Assembly: GCA_965657355.1 (NCBI GenBank)
Contig: CBFHOE010000012.1
Coordinates: forward strand, 43,102 to 54,696
Direction of reading: 5' to 3'
DNA: 11,595 bases
Origin: Limisphaerales bacterium
Lineage (GTDB): Bacteria > Verrucomicrobiota > Verrucomicrobiia > Limisphaerales > JAJOIW01
A model generated the notes under the pieces. That model was not told the DNA's origin. It did no database searches and saw only the letters and a list, made by a program, of their open reading frames with translations. The position numbers were made by a program, and so were the translations under genes. Shown one piece after another: positions 7,324 to 11,595 of this stretch; position 1 is the stretch's first letter; each line of letters starts with the position of its first letter.

Positions 7324-8329
7324 GGGTGTCACAATTTTGGGTGCTGGATCCTTTGGGACTGCTATGGCAGTTGTTTTGTCATCTGCCGGCCGGCAAGTCA
7401 AACTATGGGATTATAAACCGGATAAGCTTGAGCAACTAAGAGATACCAGAACCAACCCTCACTACTTGCCTGGGGTTCCGATTTCGGAATCTGTTGAGTT
7501 CGAACCAAACTTATCGAGTGCGGTGCATGGCCAACAGATAATTGTCCTAGCACTCCCATCTCGATCTCTCAATGAAGTATTACCTATAGTATCCGATTAC
7601 GCGGGATTAATAGTGAGTCTAGTGAAAGGGCTGGACATTAAAACGGGTCAAACTGTGTCCGCTCTTATTAAATCACATTGTCCAATGGCAAAATTAGCAG
7701 CCCTAGGAGGACCAACATTTGCTGACGAAATCGGAAGGTTCATACCCTCAGCCATGGTCGTCGGTTCCGAAGATCTGAATTCTGCTGAGGAGGTCCAAAA
7801 TTTATTTAATACACCGTTCCTTCGCATATACACATCTCAAGATATTCACGGAGTCGAGCTGGGAGGCGCTCTAAAAAACATCATCGCCATTGCTGCGGGA
7901 GTTTCTGATGGTTTGGGCTTTGGGGATAACTCCAAAGCGGCATTAGCCACCAGGGCTATTATTGAAGTCCAAAAATTAGGTGTCCTCCTTGGCGGGCAAA
8001 AAGAAACATTTCTCGGGTTAAGCGGACTCGGAGACTTAATGGCAACCTGTTTTTCCAATCATAGCAGAAATAGACGTTACGGTCACTTATTGGGTGAGGG
8101 GATTTCAGTCGACCAAATTCCTTCTCAAATGGGTGTCCTTGTTGAAGGGGTGCCAACCTGTAAAGCTGCCTTTCACTTAGCAAAGAAACATGGCCTGGAC
8201 ACTCCAATCATCAATCAAATTTACGAAATGCTTTACGAGCAAAAATCCCCGCGCCAAGCTATTGCTGATTTAATCAGTCGAAAGCCAAAGCCTGAAGATA
8301 CATTGGAAAAAACTAACACAAAATTCTAA
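7310..8329 (+). CDS. gpsA: NAD(P)H-dependent glycerol-3-phosphate dehydrogenase
   Basis: Rossmann ILGAGSFGTA, N..YLPG, LVKG, GPTFADEI, GVELGGALKNIIAIAAG, GDNSKAAL.TR, GLSGLGDL..TC.S.HSRNR and VEG. ATG 7310 overlaps the last 14 nt of plsY, suggesting translational coupling. Confidence 0.97.
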   Translation: MQKSRGVTILGAGSFGTAMAVVLSSAGRQVKLWDYKPDKLEQLRDTRTNPHYLPGVPISESVEFEPNLSSAVHGQQIIVLALPSRSLNEVLPIVSDYAGLIVSLVKGLDIKTGQTVSALIKSHCPMAKLAALGGPTFADEIGRFIPSAMVVGSEDLNSAEEVQNLFNTPFLRIYTSQDIHGVELGGALKNIIAIAAGVSDGLGFGDNSKAALATRAIIEVQKLGVLLGGQKETFLGLSGLGDLMATCFSNHSRNRRYGHLLGEGISVDQIPSQMGVLVEGVPTCKAAFHLAKKHGLDTPIINQIYEMLYEQKSPRQAIADLISRKPKPEDTLEKTNTKF

Positions 8330-8345
8330 GGCATAACCTAAAACC

Positions 8346-9266
8346 ATGAATCAAACGAAATGCATAACTGTAAGCATTCCTGGGTCAACATCAAACCTAG
8401 GTTCCGGTTTTGATACATTGGGTGTTGCCATCTCCCTAAGGAATAGGCTGACGCTTTCATTCAGTGACAGAAAAGATGGCCCGGTTGCGCATATCACATC
8501 GCATATCCCAGAATCTGTAAGAGCTGATGCTGAAGGTATGTTATCCAATGCCTGTCAGGTTTTTGAAAAAAAAACTGGCACTGAGTCAAGACTCATTGAT
8601 GTGCATATTGAGGGGGATGTTCCTGTCGCTCGTGGGCTAGGCTCCAGTGTGACTCTTCGATTGGGAACCATCGCAGGTTTATCTTACCTTCATGGACTGG
8701 AATTGGCAGCCCCGACTATTGGTGAATGGGTTGCCGAAATAGAAGGGCACCCGGATAATGCAATACCATCTGCGATTGGGGGCTTTTGTGCTGCTGGCAT
8801 CGACAGTGATGGAAAGTTGAATTTTGCTAAATTTGAATTACCTGAAGATTATACATTTATTACTCTCATCCCCGATTTTGAGGTTAAAACCGACGAAGCA
8901 CGAATGTCTTTACCCAATTCATATTCCCGTGAGAACACCGTTCGAGGGATAAATCGCTCTACCATGGTTAGCGCACTCCTGGCTACAGCTCAGCCGGATA
9001 AGCTTCAAGGTTTTTTTGACGACCCAATTCATCAGCCTTTCCGGGAGAAACTTATCCCGGGGTTCAATGCTTGTATGCAGGCAGGGAGAAAAGCCGGAGC
9101 GCATGCAGGATGGATCTCAGGGTCAGGAAGTACTCTCATGTGGCTTGCTACAAAAAATGTCGAGCGAATCGGAGAAGCCATTCACAAAGTTATGCCCAAT
9201 GCGGGATTGCATTTCTTAAAATCTGACAATAGCGGTCTAAAAATTTTAGAACAAAACAGGCACTAA
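8346..9266 (+). CDS. thrB: Homoserine kinase (GHMP family)
   Basis: PGSTSNLGSGFDTLG, GHMP P-loop VPVARGLGSS, EGHPDNA, T..AR..LP, D.IHQPFR and ISGSGST are homoserine-kinase motifs. Confidence 0.92.
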   Translation: MNQTKCITVSIPGSTSNLGSGFDTLGVAISLRNRLTLSFSDRKDGPVAHITSHIPESVRADAEGMLSNACQVFEKKTGTESRLIDVHIEGDVPVARGLGSSVTLRLGTIAGLSYLHGLELAAPTIGEWVAEIEGHPDNAIPSAIGGFCAAGIDSDGKLNFAKFELPEDYTFITLIPDFEVKTDEARMSLPNSYSRENTVRGINRSTMVSALLATAQPDKLQGFFDDPIHQPFREKLIPGFNACMQAGRKAGAHAGWISGSGSTLMWLATKNVERIGEAIHKVMPNAGLHFLKSDNSGLKILEQNRH

Positions 9267-9282
9267 GATACTCCAACCAATT

Positions 9283-11595
9283 ATGGGAATAACCATGGCA
9301 AACTCTATTCATTTATATTTTCATCGTATCCTATTTCTTTTTGTCATCTTTTTCATGCAGTCCGATGTGTCTTTCGGGCAAAAGGCTCAGACCAAGATCG
9401 AGTTAATTTTGAGTCATGAACAGGTGACTGCGGGGCAAAGTTTTACAGCTCTTATCAAAATGACTATGCCTAGTCATTGGCATACGTATTGGAAAAACCC
9501 AGGAGAAGCCGGCTTGGCTACTTCTATTGATTGGGAACTACCTGACTTCATTGAAGCTGGCGAGATTCAATGGCCAGTTCCCAGAAAGTATGGTGAAAAC
9601 GAATTTATCACATACGGATACTCTGGCGTTATTTACCTCGTTGTTCCCTTATCTATTAATGACTTCGCACCTTCCAAAAATGTCGAACTGAACGCCACTA
9701 TAAAATGGTTGGAGTGCGAGGAGCTTTGTGTGCCTGGAAATCAAAAGGTGTCTCAAAATCTTGTCATTGGTGCCATATCCAAACCATCAGCCGGAATTCA
9801 AGCCTCCATTGAAAAGGCCCAAAAAAGACTGATTCCAAACCAGCCTATTTACAATGGGAAATTCCAATGGACTGTATCGAACGGTGACGAGCCAGATAGA
9901 AGGAGCTTCATTGCTGAAATTCCAAATCAGATGGGTTTTATCGATTTAACACCTGATTTTTTTCCTCACAGAATTAACGGATTTGAATTAACAGTGAATC
10001 ATGCAACCAGAGTTGCTACCGATGATTCTATGGTGTTTACGGGCAGCTTATTTAAATACGAAGGCCAATGGCCATCAAGCTTCAGTGGCATTGTTGCCTT
10101 TAAGGACGAAAAGAAACTTGAAGAGATGGCCTCAGTGCAAGTCTCGCTAAGTATTGGGTCAGTTGAGAAAACACTTGAACAAGGCCAAGTTATAAAAGAT
10201 AAGCTCAGTTCCGCTGAGCCAAAAGACCCATTCAAAATACTTGATTCAGGTTTCAATACCGTTTCTCCTGATAGTTTTTTGGGTAACTCTGGTATAGGCA
10301 TTGGTCTGGGAAATTCTGATCAGAATCAAAATACAAATGCTACTTCCATTGACTTTGTAAACAATGAAATCGATGAGGTTAAACTTGTCGGTGCACCTGC
10401 CTCTCCAGTATCCGAGGGTGGAAGCTCGAACGTCGCTTCCACACCCGTAAATGCCGAGGCCGGTGATACACAAAGCCGAAATTTAACTGCTCAAGATAGT
10501 GAATCAAAAAGTGACGGGCCGACATTAAAACTTATCGTCTCATCTTTTGGTTTTGCAATTCTTGGCGGTGTCGCTCTCAATTTTATGCCGTGTGTATTAC
10601 CAGTAGTTTTCCTCAAACTCATGAGCTTTGTGAAGATGAGAGATGAGAATCCTCAAGAAATCAAAAAGCATGGGATAATGTACCTGGTAGGTGTTTTGTG
10701 TTGTTATTTATTTATGGCTTTGGTTCTGGTTCTTTTGCGCGCCACTGGCCGAGAGATGGGCTTTGGTTTTCAATTTACTAGTCCATATTTTGTTGTCGCC
10801 ATGTCCCTTTTAACGGCATTGATAGCACTCAATTTATTTGGCGTTTTTGAAATCGTTGTCAGCGGTGGGGCAATGAGTGCCGCTGGAAAATATGCAGGGC
10901 GACCAGGGCTAGCCGGTTCGTTTTGGAGTGGTTGTTTTACAACACTGCTTGGGACCCCGTGCATGGCGCCTGGGCTAGCTGCTGCTGCCGGATTTGCCCT
11001 ATCAAGCAACACACCACCTTGGTTAATGATTCTCACATTTTTGATGATGGGTTTCGGATTGGCGGCACCTTATTTATTAGCAAGTCTTTTTCCAGTCCTC
11101 ATAAAGTTACTACCTAAGCCTGGGATGTGGATGCACCATTTCAAAGTCGCGATGGGATTTCCCATGGCTGCGGCCTCAGTTTGGATTCTAACTCTCAATC
11201 AAATCCATTATGGGACAGATGGGATTTTATGGGTTGGTCTATTTATCATATGCGTTGCTTTTTCTTCATGGATCCTAGGCACTTTCATTCAAAAAAACAC
11301 AAAGCGGCGAAGTCTTGCTTGGCTTTTTGTCATTTTTTTCACAGTCGGTGGCTACTTTTTTGCTCTCGAAGATAGATTGAACTGGCGTAACCCAATTTCA
11401 GAATCCCGTGAAGCGACAACATCCATAGAGCCGCAGCTCTCGAGTAAAAATGGCATCGTTTGGGGAAAATGGAGCCCTGAGGCTATCGAAGCTGCCCGAA
11501 AATCAGGATTCCCAGTTCTGGTCGATTTCACCGCAACTTGGTGCGTCAATTGCAAAGAAAATAAAAAAAGAGCCATCGACGTCAAAGAAACCAAG
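9283..11595 (+). CDS. dsbD: DsbD-family protein-disulfide reductase (ScsB-like), 3' end beyond the window; not in the supplied ORF track
   Basis: I translated frame 1 by hand from ATG 9283 (alternative ATG 9295): 771 codons with no stop. It has a signal-like N-terminus, WHTYWKNPGEAG, IQWPVP, WLECEELCVPG (Cys 9715/9727), a membrane domain with LNFMPCVLPV (Cys 10591), LGTPCMAP (Cys 10960) and LPKPGMWM, and a thioredoxin domain PVLVDFTATWCVNC (Cys 11542/11551). Confidence 0.93.
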   Translation, partial: MGITMANSIHLYFHRILFLFVIFFMQSDVSFGQKAQTKIELILSHEQVTAGQSFTALIKMTMPSHWHTYWKNPGEAGLATSIDWELPDFIEAGEIQWPVPRKYGENEFITYGYSGVIYLVVPLSINDFAPSKNVELNATIKWLECEELCVPGNQKVSQNLVIGAISKPSAGIQASIEKAQKRLIPNQPIYNGKFQWTVSNGDEPDRRSFIAEIPNQMGFIDLTPDFFPHRINGFELTVNHATRVATDDSMVFTGSLFKYEGQWPSSFSGIVAFKDEKKLEEMASVQVSLSIGSVEKTLEQGQVIKDKLSSAEPKDPFKILDSGFNTVSPDSFLGNSGIGIGLGNSDQNQNTNATSIDFVNNEIDEVKLVGAPASPVSEGGSSNVASTPVNAEAGDTQSRNLTAQDSESKSDGPTLKLIVSSFGFAILGGVALNFMPCVLPVVFLKLMSFVKMRDENPQEIKKHGIMYLVGVLCCYLFMALVLVLLRATGREMGFGFQFTSPYFVVAMSLLTALIALNLFGVFEIVVSGGAMSAAGKYAGRPGLAGSFWSGCFTTLLGTPCMAPGLAAAAGFALSSNTPPWLMILTFLMMGFGLAAPYLLASLFPVLIKLLPKPGMWMHHFKVAMGFPMAAASVWILTLNQIHYGTDGILWVGLFIICVAFSSWILGTFIQKNTKRRSLAWLFVIFFTVGGYFFALEDRLNWRNPISESREATTSIEPQLSSKNGIVWGKWSPEAIEAARKSGFPVLVDFTATWCVNCKENKKRAIDVKETK

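Noticed and set aside
9999..11594. Short ORFs listed at 9999-10301, 10246-10473, 10770-11036, 10923-11117, 11127-11375 and 11352-11594
   Set aside because: All are antisense or off-frame shadows of the continuous dsbD/scsB reading frame.
1..11595. Mobile elements, prophage, CRISPR, defence or toxin-antitoxin genes, recoding signals
   Set aside because: I saw no transposase or integrase motifs, spaced repeats, tRNA folds, in-frame stops or frameshifts. Recognisable genes account for nearly all of the sequence.

Overview
This is an ordinary, gene-dense bacterial chromosomal window with no mobile element, CRISPR array, rRNA or tRNA. Left to right it holds a 5'-truncated SDR oxidoreductase, an exported Cys-type sulfatase, a formylglycine-generating enzyme (FGE/SUMF1) with an N-terminal membrane segment, and an rpsP-khpA-trmD-rplS operon with no rimM that ends in a strong intrinsic terminator. 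A convergent class II lysS follows. Divergent from lysS is a tightly packed run of plsY-gpsA-thrB plus a long ScsB/DsbD-type disulfide reductase gene (9283 to the window edge). That gene is missing from the supplied ORF track because it has no stop codon in the window. The rimM-less S16 operon and the sulfatase/FGE content suggest, by inference only, a PVC-superphylum (probably Verrucomicrobiota) genome. The best leads are: (1) a 15-bp imperfect hairpin in the rpsP 5' region, a candidate ribosomal-protein leader RNA; (2) a membrane-anchored FGE with intact catalytic cysteines beside a signal-peptide sulfatase with a CxAxR motif, hinting at sulfatase maturation outside the cytoplasm; (3) no Shine-Dalgarno motifs and very short predicted leaders; (4) a LacI-like palindrome over the predicted lysS -35. 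I see no strong evidence for a wholly new multi-gene system.
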